A stretch of DNA of 64,000 bases from the human T2T-CHM13v2.0 reference genome, Homo sapiens, in assembly GCF_009914755.1 (NCBI RefSeq), contig NC_060928.1, one strand, 5' to 3'. The position numbers and the translations under genes were made by a program. How positions within the stretch are numbered: the stretch's first letter is position 1; each line of letters opens with the position of its first letter. The notes under the pieces were generated by a model. It ran no database searches. It saw only the letters and a list, made by a program, of their open reading frames with translations, and had not been told where the DNA came from. This document shows positions 45,660-59,008 of this stretch, piece by piece.

Positions 45660-47015
45660 CACTCCCATTTCTCACCATATATAAAAATCAATTCAAAATG
45701 GATTAAACACTTAAATCTAAGACCTCAAACAACAAACTACTATAAGAAAACATTGGAGAAACCCTCCAGAACATTAATCTGGGCAAAAATACCTTGAGCA
45801 ATACCCCTCAAGCACAGGCAACCAAAGCAAAAATGGACAAATGAGATCACATCAAGTTAAGAAGCTTATGCACAGCAAAGAAAACAGTCAACAAAGTTAA
45901 GAGACGACCTACAGTATAGAAGAAAATATTTGCAAACTATCTATATGACAGAAGATTCATAACTAGAATATACAAGATGATCAAAAACTCAGCAGGGAAA
46001 AGTATAATACTCTGATTTAAAAATGAGCAAAATAACTAAACAGACATTTCTGAAAACATACGCAAATGGCAAACAGGTATATGAAAAGGTGATCAATATC
46101 ATTGATCAAATCAATGCTATCAAAATGCAAATCAAAACTATAATAAAATATCATTTCACTGCAGTTAAAATGGCTTTTATCCAAAAGGCAGGCAAGAACA
46201 AATACTGGTGAGGATGTGGAGAAAAGTTAACTCTCATACACTGTTGGTGGGGACATAAATTAGTATAACCGCTATGAAGAACAGGTTGGAAGTTCCTCAA
46301 AAAACTTAAAATAGAGCTCACATATGATTCAGAACTCTTTCTGCTAGGTATATACCCGAAAGAAAGGAAATCAGTATATCAAAGGGATATCTGCACTCCC
46401 ATGTTTATTGTAACACTATTGACAATAGCCAAGATTTGGAAGCAACCTAAGTGTCCATCAACAGATGAATAAATAAAGAAAATGGAGTATTTACTATTCA
46501 GTCATAAGAGAACAAGATCTTGCCATTTGCAACAACATGGATGGAACTGGAGGTCATTATGTTCAGTGAAATAAGCCAGGCATAGAAAGACAAACATTGC
46601 CTACTTATTTATTTGTGGGTGCTAAAAATTAAAACAATTGAACTCATAGAGGTAGAGAGTAGAATGATAGTTACCAGAGGCTGAGAAGCACAGTGGGGGA
46701 AAGGAAGAGGGGATGTGTAATAGGTACAAAAATATAGTTAGACAGAAAAAATAAGACCTAGTATTTGATGGCACAGTAAGTAGAGTCACTACAATCAATA
46801 ATAATTTATTGTACATGTTAAAATAACTAAAAGAGCATAATTGGATTTTTTGTAACACAAAGAAAGAATCAAGACTTCAATTGATGGATGCCTCACTTAC
46901 CTTGATGTAATTATTATTCATTGTATGCAATATTAAACATTAGATGTACCCCATAAATATATACACCTACTATGTACCCACAAAAATTAAAACAAAATTT
47001 TTAAAAAACAATAAA
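45660..47015 (+). mobile_element. L1MA (L1MA2-4-like) 3' part
   Basis: ORF2 C-terminal region then AATAAGACCTAGTATTTGAT...ATATACACCTACTATGTACCCACAAAAATTAAA. Confidence 0.85.
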
Positions 47016-47524
47016 ATCTATACCAAAAGGCAAAAATAAACTCTATTTTTTAGTATGAGTACAGGGCACTATTTTAGGTACTATAGCATGAAGACACATA
47101 AGGCTTCAACCTATTTATTAATTGTGGTTGTTTAGCCTGCCAGAAATTTACCTTTTATTTCACGAGGCAGATAAAGCATCTGTATTTAAAGCAGTTTATA
47201 AAGTCAAAAGCTTAAGGATAAACTTTATCACTAAATATTGACAGCAACACATCATGGGTCCCATGAGGGAGACAGTTTAAATTAGGTGTATTTGCATCAT
47301 ACAGACACAACTAGATGTCTTTCTGTATTTTCCAGGATGTATTTTCTTAATAGTGATCATGAATCAATCAACTCTCCTCCCAAAAGTAAACCTAGATCTT
47401 GTGAAACTGTTTTCTTCTATTTAAATTATCTTTTATTAAAGGCCTAACTTATAATAAGAGTGGTTTTTTAAAAAATTAAGAGACGAAATGTCAAAAGAGT
47501 CATAAGAAGTTTGAAACTTAATGT

Positions 47525-48055
47525 ATTTTTTTCTTTTCCTTTGTAGTTGGCACATAATAATTATACATAATTATGGAGTACTGACTGGTATTTTGATGTG
47601 TGTATACAATGTGTAGATCCAATCAGGTTTATTGGCATATCCATTACCTCAAATATTTATTATTTATGTTAGGAATACTCAAAATCCTCTCTTCTAGCTT
47701 TTTGAAAAGATACAATAAATTATTATTAACTATATTCAACAAACAGAAGACTAGAACTTATTCCTCCTATATAGTTGTAATTTTGTGCCTGTTAACCAAC
47801 TCTTCCCCTCCCTTTCCCCTTCCCAGACTGTAATTATCACAATTCTACTAATTGCTTCTATGAGCTCAACTTTTTTTTAGCTCCCGTATATGACTGAAAA
47901 CATGCAGCATTTGTCTTTCTGGGCCTGGCTTATTTTACTTAATATCCTCTAGGCTCTTTCATGTTGCTGCAAATGACAGGCTTGCATTTTTTTTATGGCT
48001 GAATAGTATCCCAAAGTGTATACATACCACATTATCTTTATCCATTAATCTGTTT
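47525..48055 (-). mobile_element. L1MA 3' end
   Basis: AAAATCCTCTCTTCTAGC...CATGTTGCTGCAAATGACAGG...TATGGCTGAATAGTATCC. Confidence 0.8.
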
Positions 48056-48245
48056 TCTTTATCTTTTGCTCTTTGGCAAGTCAACATAAAAAAATCATAG
48101 CATATCTTACAATATGGTAGTCTTGACATCAAATAATGATAGAAATAATTGTCTATTCAAGGTTTCCTTTATGGAGTTTGAATTGTTTCAGTCCATCACA
48201 ATACAATAGAATAATTCACAGAACCTTAAGAGTGATACACCATCC

Positions 48246-48577
<332 letters not shown>

Positions 48578-51500
48578 CTATGATATCAGGGCTTGTTCCT
48601 CTCCATCTCCATCCTTCCAACCAAGCACCCATTCTTCATGTGTCAGGTATAGTGTCTTCATGAGTCACTCTGGTGATATACAGTGTTAAATAAAGCAGAA
48701 TCCCTGTGTTCAAAAAGGTTTAGAGTTCATGGAAAAGTTTCTCTAGAGACTTTTCTGTGTAACATTCAATCCTAGAGAATATACAGATGGTCAAAATCAA
48801 CATGATTTCAGAATTTCTCACAACCAGTCTTTTTAAAACAAAAGTGTAGTCTCTGAGATCAGGGCATTCTAAATAGAAGTCCTGGTTCCACACTACTGAA
48901 ATAGTAGTCCAAATGGTTCTACTAACTTCTGAAACTATAGTGGTTGAGCAGTATTTTCATAGGAAAATAAATTAAAATTAAGCAAATTTGTAAAAAAAAA
49001 TCAATCAAATCAGAATGATCTGAAAATTTTTAGCAGAATTCCATAACTCAAATAACATTTTAGCCCATCATATAAAATTAAGTATGAAATTATATAGTAC
49101 AGGAGGTAACTAGAGTACCAGTAGATTCAAAACTTCTCGCTTAGATCTAAGCTGTTTTAAATTGACAAATAAAAAATTTAAAAATTGTGTATCTTATCAA
49201 ATTACTAAATAGTTGTCATAGCAGTCACTAACTAAAATATTTTATGCATTATCAGAAGATAAATATATAGAGTGGGCTTTCAGAGAGTGTGTCACAAGCA
49301 ACACAAGAGACAATACAGTGTAATTCTAGCCTGTATTTTCCATAATTACACTGTGGAGAATTTTGCTCTACTGATAGTCTGCTTTGCAATGTTTCTGAAC
49401 TTTCTCAAAAGAAGCTTAGCAAAACTCTACATATTGTGCATATGCAGTGAAGCAATTCTTTGCATTTTTATTTGTTGTCGTTTCCAAGATACAAATTGAC
49501 AAGTTTCTTACTTGAGAAGATACCTAGTATATCTCTGGGTAACTATCTTCAGATGTGTGTGAAGATCTGTATCTTGGAAAAGAATTCCAAGTGGTATGGT
49601 AATAGAAAAGGTCCAGAAATACAAACAGGCAAAGCTTATAATAGGGTCTGAAATGCAATGAAAGACAGAATTTGCATTGACTGTAACCACTCTCTAGTCA
49701 TTTTAAACACATCCTCACAGTCTAATCTACAAAGGGCACCTGCAAATTTTTGGCTATTACATCATTCTATAATTACGTTTTATGTCTTGGTTCACTAAAA
49801 GATGCCTGAATTTACATTTTATTTCATTGGAAAATCTCCTGGACCTTATATATTATTTGCTAATATCTGGCAAAGTTCTAGGATATTTCTCTTTTTCCAC
49901 TGCTACCCTGTACCCCTTATTTTGTGGTCTCAAGGGTAATTTCTGGTGTTTCACCATGAACAACACTAGCAACTGGCAATCTGGTTCTCTTTATTTCTTT
50001 AAATTTCTCTGATACTTCAGCACTTTGTTTGCTATCCACAGGCTGGCTGATCTCACATGTTAACTGATATGTTAACTCCCCTGCTCAGGAAAAGGAATTA
50101 AATTCAGGAAGTTAAGACTGACAAGGAAATGAAGCAAAGCATTCCTGATGGTACATACTCCTCTGCCTAGGAGAATCTATAAGCATGTCTTCAATTGTGG
50201 TTTTGCAAATAAAAAATGTACTGGTACATAAGAATGTAGGTTGTGGATCACCACTATGCTTGTATAGCTACTGCTTTATAATGAAGTCATCCATTGAAAT
50301 GCTCAAAATAACACTGGAAGAAATATAAGTAAATGACAACACAAATTCCAAGCTTTAGTAAAGTTTGCTATTACCTTTTAGATATGAGATCCATAATGAC
50401 ACCATTATTTTTCTAATCTCTTTTTGCAATCACTGTAACTATTCATTAAGTTTCACCTAGAATCCAAACTAAAAAGTGTTCTTCAATGATCATACTGAAA
50501 ATTGAGCTAATACAGTACAGTTTTAATTTAGTAATGTCTTTGACAAGAGCATAGTGATAATATTAATGATCCAGAAGGCAGTTCACAAAGTACTAAGGCA
50601 TAAAATATGAATGTGATAAAATCTTAGAAATTGTTGTAAACTGATGTTGAAACTTAGAAGAAACACATTACACTAAGAGTGGCAAGGGCGTTAAAGCTCA
50701 GATGTATGTAAATTATGGAATGTGGAAAAAAATGAGATAAAATTTGCAAAGTCTTCATCAGTATTCTTACTTGAATATGATTTATAATGGAAAATATTTG
50801 ACTTAATTAGGAAAGTCTCAACAGCTAAAGAACAAAAACAAAAATAAATTAATAGGAAGGATAAATAAATAGAGAAATACTGACATGAATAGGGCATCTT
50901 GTGAATGACAGAAACAGTGACAGGTAATTATTAATTTTATGAAACATGTACACTGGTGTTTCAGCATAGTGCAATATGTGTTATATAAAAACTAGAAGTG
51001 TACCAAACCTCAACATAAATTCCATATATCACAGTCATTTTGTAATTTAACCCACACAACACCACAAAGTGGCTTTACTTCCTTTTTGCTTATGTCGCTT
51101 TTCTTTTCCAAATCATTGATTGACCATCAACTTTTAGAGGTTAGATAGTTTAAAAATTTGTTATTTTCATATTTCTGGGATAACTTTTTCTTGAGAGAGA
51201 TTTGCAGAAAGCCAGATAAAGGATATTACCCATTTAGTTTAGAGTTACTTTTAAATCTCAGGAACTATATCCAGTCATTTTTTAGCTTTAATATGAGGGC
51301 TTATTGAATAATTTTCATTTAAAACTCTACAACAGGCACTTTCACTATTGATCTATGTTATCTTCTCATTTTCTCAATTTCACTCATTTCTCTCTGTCTC
51401 TGTCTTTGTCTCCCTCTTTCTCTAATTCCCTCTTCATTCACATTTATTAACTGATGCTAATATGGGGAAAATGATAAAAAATATTACATGGTATATATTT

Positions 51501-52121
51501 CTTATCAAATTTAAAAATTGGAACAAATCTTATATATTATTTAATCAACCTCTTCGTTTTACAGATTAACAGACTAAAGTTCAAATAAGATAAATAACTT
51601 CAGAAACTTCCATTTCCACCTGTTAACTGTTGGGATAATGTTTTCTCATGTTATACTCTTGTAAGCAGGACTTAGGTTCTGTGAATATCTTTACAATTAT
51701 TTGTGGGCGTTCATTCTTCTGGTCTCAGTTTTACGAAATCAAGTTAATCAAATATAAATAATTACATAAAGGAAATGTTCATATTAAGGTTTAATGACTG
51801 TGTGAGGACACTATCCCAAAATATGACAGAATCCTCAGTGACAAAACTTTACATAAACTGTCTTTGCTTTAGGCCATAAATCACTTGTAGAATTTCCAGG
51901 TAATATACATGAGAATAAATAAGTAGCAAAAATGTCTTAAGAATAGAAAGAAAGTAAAAATAGAGGAACTAAAAAAGATATTTTCAATAAAGAATTTTGA
52001 ATGTATGCAACTGTTTAAGATGTTCTTTGAAATACAGCAAAATGTTGTAATCATTGCATTTTGAAGAAATGGGAAGAAATTACCAAAAGAAGAAAGCAGG
52101 TCATACATAGAAGTGACACTT

Positions 52122-52419
52122 GGCTGGGCACGTTGGCTTGCGCTTCTAATCCCAGCACTTTGGGAAGCCAAGGAGGGCGGATAACGAGTCAGGAGATCGA
52201 GACCATCCTATCTTGGCCAACATGGTGAAACCCCGTCTCTACTAAAAATACAAAAACTAGCTGGGTGTGGTGGTGTGTACCTGTAGTCTCAGCTACTCGG
52301 GAGGCTGAGGCAGGAGAATCACTTGAACACGAGAGGTGGAGGTTGCAGTGAGCCGAGATCACGCACTGCATGCCAGCCAGGCCACAGAGCAAGACTCCGT
52401 CAAAAAAAAAAAAAAAAGA
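52122..52419 (+). mobile_element. AluS (Sc-like)
   Basis: GAGATCGAGACCATCC diagnostic; TSD AGAAGTGACACTT/AGAAGTGCCACTC. Confidence 0.92.
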
Positions 52420-53399
52420 AGAAGTGCCACTCGGACACTCGCAGGTTTCAAGATAAGGCTGATATTTCCATAGATGTGAACCTCCCCATAGCGAATCATT
52501 CATCAGGTATCTGTATATTGCAATGATATATAGATCATTAAGAATCTGTAATATACGAGAGAATATATGGGAGAATAAAGATTTGAGTTCTATTATTGAA
52601 TAAATTAACCATAAAGTAAGAAGTGAGAGTTATCTCAATATGTCTAAAGATTAAACTGGAAATTAACTGCCGCATTTATTAATCCTCTGACCAGAACTGT
52701 AAGTAAAGTGTGAATAGAAATAAAGAAAAAATTTCTGGTGATGAGAATTTCATTTCTACTCAATAAATAGTAATAATCAAATATTTTAATATATTATTCT
52801 GAGTGAGTTATAAAAGACTAGCTTGAGGATTCACATGTCTTACAAGTGACTACGTCAGTTAGCGTGAAGTTAATTTGAATCTAGGTAGTCACGCCCTAAT
52901 TTCTGGACCATAAATGAAACTCAGACAAAGGCAAAGAGTACGATGAAAGCTGCATATTAGTGTTATATCCTCTAATGTGTGAGAATTCTGCCGAGTATGA
53001 AGACTTAATAGCATTTATAAAATTGTCTTAGTTGTTTCTGCTGAAGAGAAGCCGAGGATCCATGTTTAAAAGTCAAGCAGATGATATCCCACTTCTAGGA
53101 TCCTCCTGTCTAATTATTTTACTAATATCCTATGGCCCTAGTTGTTTGAATAAAAAGGTAGATTCAGCTCAGCCAAGATTTTACTGTATTAAGGATCACA
53201 AGCCTGGCCCTTTGCAAGTTTGCTTTAGTAGAGCTTGGTCTCTGTAACATCAGCTTCTTCCTTGTGATGAAAGCGTCAGTGAGCCAGATCACTTGTGAAG
53301 GTCAGAAGCTTGCATAACCTCCAGCCATGGAAATCTTGCCTCTATGAACTACTGATTAATAAACTGTTATCTAGTGTAAACAATTAAAAATTGGAAAAA

Positions 53400-54915
53400 A
53401 ATATAATTAACAATTTTCATATATTTGGCAACAGGAAAAGTAGGACTTGCCACAGGAGGGATGGGAAAATAATACAAATCCTATGATGCTCAAAATTATT
53501 ATCTGAAGGCACTTTCTGGAGAGCAGCAAAAGGAGAGGAGACCCAGTGAAGGTATAGTTGTCTGACTGAGTTAAGGAGACAGAGCTTGGAACATATTATT
53601 TGGAGATACGCTGTGAAAATTTGTAAATGCATATTGTAAATACCTGAACAACAATACAAAATGAAGATATAAGTAGTAAGAGGAAATAAGTGGAATACTA
53701 ATAAACACAGTTAGTTCAAAAGAATGCAAATTAATCTAAAAAAGAACACAGGAGAAAATAAAAACCAGTGGATGGTCATAAAACACAATATTGATAATTA
53801 TGCTAAATGTTGAAAATTTAAACACTCCAAATGAAAGGCAGAGACTGAATAAAAAAGGAAGACTCACATAACTATAGGAAATTGACAAGAAACATACTTT
53901 AAAGAAAGATGGCTTAAAATCAAAGGATAGAAAAAGAAGAACATAATTTTCTATTAATGATAGTGAAACTGGAAGGACTATATTAATATCTATGTGGTTA
54001 ATATCAAATTTAATGAAATATATTTCATGTGCTTATCAAGAAAACATAGCAATCAAAACTGTAAATGTACTTAATCTCAAAGTTTCAAAATATGTAAAGA
54101 AAAACTGAAAGAAGTAAAAGAGAAAAACAGACAACTTCACAACTATAGTAATAACTTTCAACAATCCTCTCTTAGTTAATAGACAAGTAGAATATTGGTG
54201 GAGCTACAGAAGAATTAGGACAACTTTATTAATCAAATTTATGTAACAAAATTTATAGATTAATATAAAAAATTACAGAATACACTTTTTTTTCCAAAGT
54301 CATGCAGCATTCACTGAGTTTGGCCATAATTTGGGCTATAAAACCATTCTTAATAAATTTTAACAGGATTGAAATTTTATATGGCATTTCTCTGACCAGA
54401 GTGGAATTAAATTAGAAAATACTAACAGAAGTATGCCTAGAAAAATTCCCAAATTTTTGGAAAATAAACAGCATAGTCACAAACAAATCCATGGGTCAAA
54501 GAAGAAATTACAGATAAGTTAGAAAACAATTTGAACTAAATGAAAGTTAAACACATACTGCCAAAATTTTTGGAAAGCAACCAAGCCAAGCCTAGACAAA
54601 ATTTAATATGTTCAAATGTTTGTTTTAGAAAAAAACATTGTGACCTAAGATTCCTTCTTAAAAAACTAGAAATATAAAAACAAATTAAACTTTAAATAAA
54701 GAGAACTGATTTAAAAAACTTACATTAAACAAATGGAAAATAGACAATACAGAAATAAATTAAGTCAATAGATTGTTTTTGAAAAGATAAAAATGATTGA
54801 TAAATTTCTTTCTATATACAGATCAACTGAAAAAGAGGAGAAACAGATTCATAATATCAATTAGGTAAGAGTACATATGTACATTTATTATTTGTCAACT
54901 AAAATAATATAAAAG
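53400..54915 (+). mobile_element. Old L1M (5' fragment plus degenerate ORF2 endonuclease region)
   Basis: TTCTCTGACCAGAGTGGAATTAAATTAGAAA and CCATGGGTCAAAGAAGAAAT match the L1 EN C-terminal region. Confidence 0.75.
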
Positions 54916-55144
54916 GGTACATAGCACATGAAAGATTAAAAATTTTTTGAATAAATGGCTTGAAAATAAATCAGTCTTAGTCTAATGTTATTTCTTATTT
55001 TCAAAATCAAAAGGTGATTTCTTCTAGAAAAGCAATTGTCCTCAATGCTGCTTGAATATTTTACTTGAAAAATTTGAAAATATGTCACTCTTTTCTTTGA
55101 TAGTTACAGTGCCTGGATTCTTGTGGAAAAAAAAAATTCTATTA

Positions 55145-55680
55145 CAATAGTCCCCCCTTATCTGCAGGGGAATTCAAGCCTCTTAGTCTATGCCTGAAAC
55201 TGCAGATACTACTGAACCCTATATAGACTATGATTCTTCCTATACATACATACCTATGATGAAGTTTAATATATAAATCAGGTTCATTGAGATAATAACA
55301 ACAATAACTAATAATAAAATAAAACAGTTACAACAATATGGCAGCATCACTACTCTTATGTTTTGGGGCCATTATTAAGTACAATAAGGGTTACTTGTCC
55401 ATAAGCGCTGGATACTGCAGTAGGTTTGATAACTGAGATGGCAACTCAATACTAATTGGTAGGTACTACAAACAGCGTGGTTCCACGAGACAAAGGGATG
55501 ATCCACCGCAAGGCAGGATGGAGCAGGATGGTGGGGGATTTCGTCATGATATTCAGATTGGCAGTAATTTCAGATCTATGAATTGGGTATTTCTAGAATG
55601 TTACACATAATATTTTTGAAACACAGGGTAACTGAAACCACAGAACGTGAACTCTTGGATAAGAGGGAGGGGGACTACCA
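55145..55680. mobile_element. MER44B-like (Tigger7) MITE
   Basis: TIRs CAATAGTCCCCCCTTATC / GATAAGAGGGAGGGGGACTACCA with flanking TA. Confidence 0.85.
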
Positions 55681-57614
55681 TATAGTATTTTTAGTAGTAC
55701 TGTCATTGAAATGAAAGACCACTGGATTTTTTCAACTCTTCATTGATGCTAAATATATTGTCATAGGACTAGAGCCTGTCTCAGAATAATTTAAATATTG
55801 CTTAACTCAAGACATGGAATACTTTGTTGGATAGATAGTAAACATCCTCTTTTTCCTTGAGGAAAGAGAATTAAACAACATTGGCAAAATCCTATGAGGT
55901 ACCATCCATCAGGAAAAGTGCATCAATACCTATTATTCTATCTCTTGTCCAAACTGGAACTACTTCTAGATGATTTTCTTTGATATTTGGCTGCTGGGAA
56001 GTATCATTTCAAAATCACTGAAATGATGCAATTATAAGTTGAGACAAATTGCTAATACACTTTCAAAATATGTATGTACATATTCTTTGCTTTAAATCAA
56101 ATTCATGTCCTTCGTATACATATATGTAAAAAAAATACTCAAAATTCAAAACCCTTTTCATTTTACATAAATTCTGACATTCTGAAAATGCAAACTAATT
56201 CTAATATTTTGAAACATTAGTAAATGAATGTGAAAATATTAATTTTTCACAGATTAATAAAGTACAATCTATAAACACATTTGTATTCACAATAATATAT
56301 GTTTACTAAAGCATTTTTTAGAATTTTATGTGTTATTTGGAATTAACATGAACTTAGTAGTTTTGCCAAGTTAGCCTTGTAGAAGAAACTGATATTCAGT
56401 TAAAGCAAACTGGTATTCAAGTGGAACTCCAAAAATACAGATTATGAAATCATTATTTCACTTAACAAGGAATGTTGGTCTTATAAGAAAAATCTCTACT
56501 TAATTCCATTAAATCTGAAATTCAATTGAACTTACAAGTTTCTTGTTCAAAGGCTGACATCTGTTCATTAAGTAATAGAAAAATGCTCAGAGGAGGTGTT
56601 CCGTAGCCATGCTTTATTACTAGTCACCATGTTGTTTCAGGCAAAGGTACATACTGGCGATTATTTTTATATCTTACTTATTTCAGTTGGCATTAACAAA
56701 AACACTTGTGTCCTTTACGCTCAGTAGTAGACTTGTACTTACCTGCTGAGGGATAAACAGTACAGCCCAGACCAAGTACCAGAAAGCAATATTCTAGATA
56801 CAATCAAATAGAAAAAGGCAAAAAGAAAAAAGCTTTGGTTCTAAAAACCATAACAAAAATAATATTAAATTTTTGTAAATATGAGAAATAGCAGAGGATT
56901 ATTTCTTAAGGATCATCATGTGAAGCAAGCCATTTATTTTTGTAAGGCATTTATCTTTAACTTAGTGATCACTGATGCCCCTAGCATGCGTTGCTATGCA
57001 CAATTCATTTCAGATATGTATAAATTGTCATAGTTTGTAGTTTAACTTTAAAGGTAAACTAATTTGAAGTTAAAGTTAATTGTTGTTTAACTTTAAAGGT
57101 AAACTAATTTGAAGCTTTCTGACCAGTACTGATGGCCAGTACTGATTTCTTTCCAAGTGAAGTTTGCCTTCTTTTTTATGACAGTAGGCTGATTTAAAAA
57201 TATTTCTCAGAAATAAATCATTTTCTTATTCTTATGCCAGAAAAATTAAAAGCATGCTAGAAGATATAATTCAATATGCACTTATGAATCATTCATAATT
57301 TGATAAGCCTGTTTGAGGCTGTAGAGGAAATCTAACTGGGAAAACGGGGAGAAAAGTATCTGCAAAGCAATGTTCACTCTTAATTTAGGTTGGGACTTGC
57401 CTGAGCATTATGTTTCCAATATTGCTTCTGTGATTTCACATGCATCAAATATCTAGAAATGTTTGTTTCAGATCCAGATACTTAGAAGAACAAAATTTTG
57501 ATTGATTTTTTTCCTAGGTTGTAATAAATATCAGATTATGAATGGATATAACTAAGTTATTTATTGATGTTCTTCCTTTGATATCTATGATGTATCTCTA
57601 CGAAGCATTCATTA

Positions 57615-57845
57615 CTATACCATAATAATAGCTCACATTTATATAACTATGTATGAATATTTTACTACAAACTTTTAATATAAGAATGCATTTAATCCTC
57701 ACAATTACATTTCAGGAATGCATAGACCAGAAGCTGAGAAAGAGGAAGAATACAAAACTTGTCCAAGTTCATACAGCAAGTAATTACTATGGCCAATATT
57801 TGGAAGAAGGTCAACTGCTTGAAAGTCTACATTCTTACCTTAATA
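57615..57845 (-). mobile_element. MIR (diverged)
   Basis: AATAATAGCTCACATTTAT...CATTTAATCCTCACAA...ACTTGTCCAAGTTCATACAGC. Confidence 0.6.
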
Positions 57846-59008
57846 AGATATCTTGTGGTTAGAAGAAGTAGTCTGATACAGTGTAGTGATTTAAAAGCAT
57901 GTCAGAAAATTCTATGACATCCTCATATTGAAAGATTGTATCAATGTTTTCCAGATGAAATTGGTCATGCTCATGAAGATTTTAACCAATAGTGTAGAGT
58001 GAAAGTGATACTGTATGACTTTCTATGCTAGGTCATAAGAGACAATGCAACTTATACCTAACTGGGATATGTAGATTTGGAGCTTTGATCTACCAAATAA
58101 GAAGTCTGAATACCTTGAATTCCTTCATACAGCAAGGGAGCAAAGCCATCTGGAGAGGTTACACATAGAGATTCTGATTGAGAATAAGATATCTGTGCCT
58201 ATGTACCAGACATGTGAATTAATGAACCTTCAGATTATTCCAGCACCCACCTTTCAACTCATCACCAGCATTCAAGTCTCTCTAGCTAAAGTTTTACAAA
58301 CCATAGAATGAAAATGAGCCATCCTCTCAGTGCCCTATCCAAATTTCTAACCCATGGAATTCTTGCACATATAAAATAGTTTGCTTAAGGCACTAACTTT
58401 GGGCATAATTTGTTATACAACAAATTGCTGAAACAAATTTGGTACCTAGAAGAAGCATGCTGCTGTAACAGGAAACTAAAGCATATCACACTGACTTTGA
58501 GACTGATTGGCAGGAAGAAACTATAAAGGTTTTGAGGAGACTGTTGAAGGCTGAAGACAAAAGGTAAGAAATTGGTATTGAAAGATAACCTTTGTTATGT
58601 GCAGTTTGGCAACACTGACATTAATGATAGTGTGGAAATAGGAAATATATCTAATACATTCAATGATTCCCAGGCATAATATGGAATATTCCCCCTGTTT
58701 CTTTTCATTGGCATAATAAAATATGAGAAAACACAAGTTAAAAAAGGAAAAAAAATCTGATTTACAAGCAAAATATAGAGGAGATAGAAAGGATCCAGGG
58801 ACAACTAGATTCAAAAATAAAACCATTTCTCTTCTCCCGTGTCTCAGGACAATATCTCAAATCTTAGGCATGTGAGCAAAAAGTCACAAATGTGGCCCAG
58901 CTTTTTTACAGCAAAATATAATAAAGATGAAGCTCAGGATCTGACAGTAAAATGCTTTGGTAAAATCTAAAAAAAAAGCTAAAGTAACATATTAAAAACT
59001 TTCAAATA

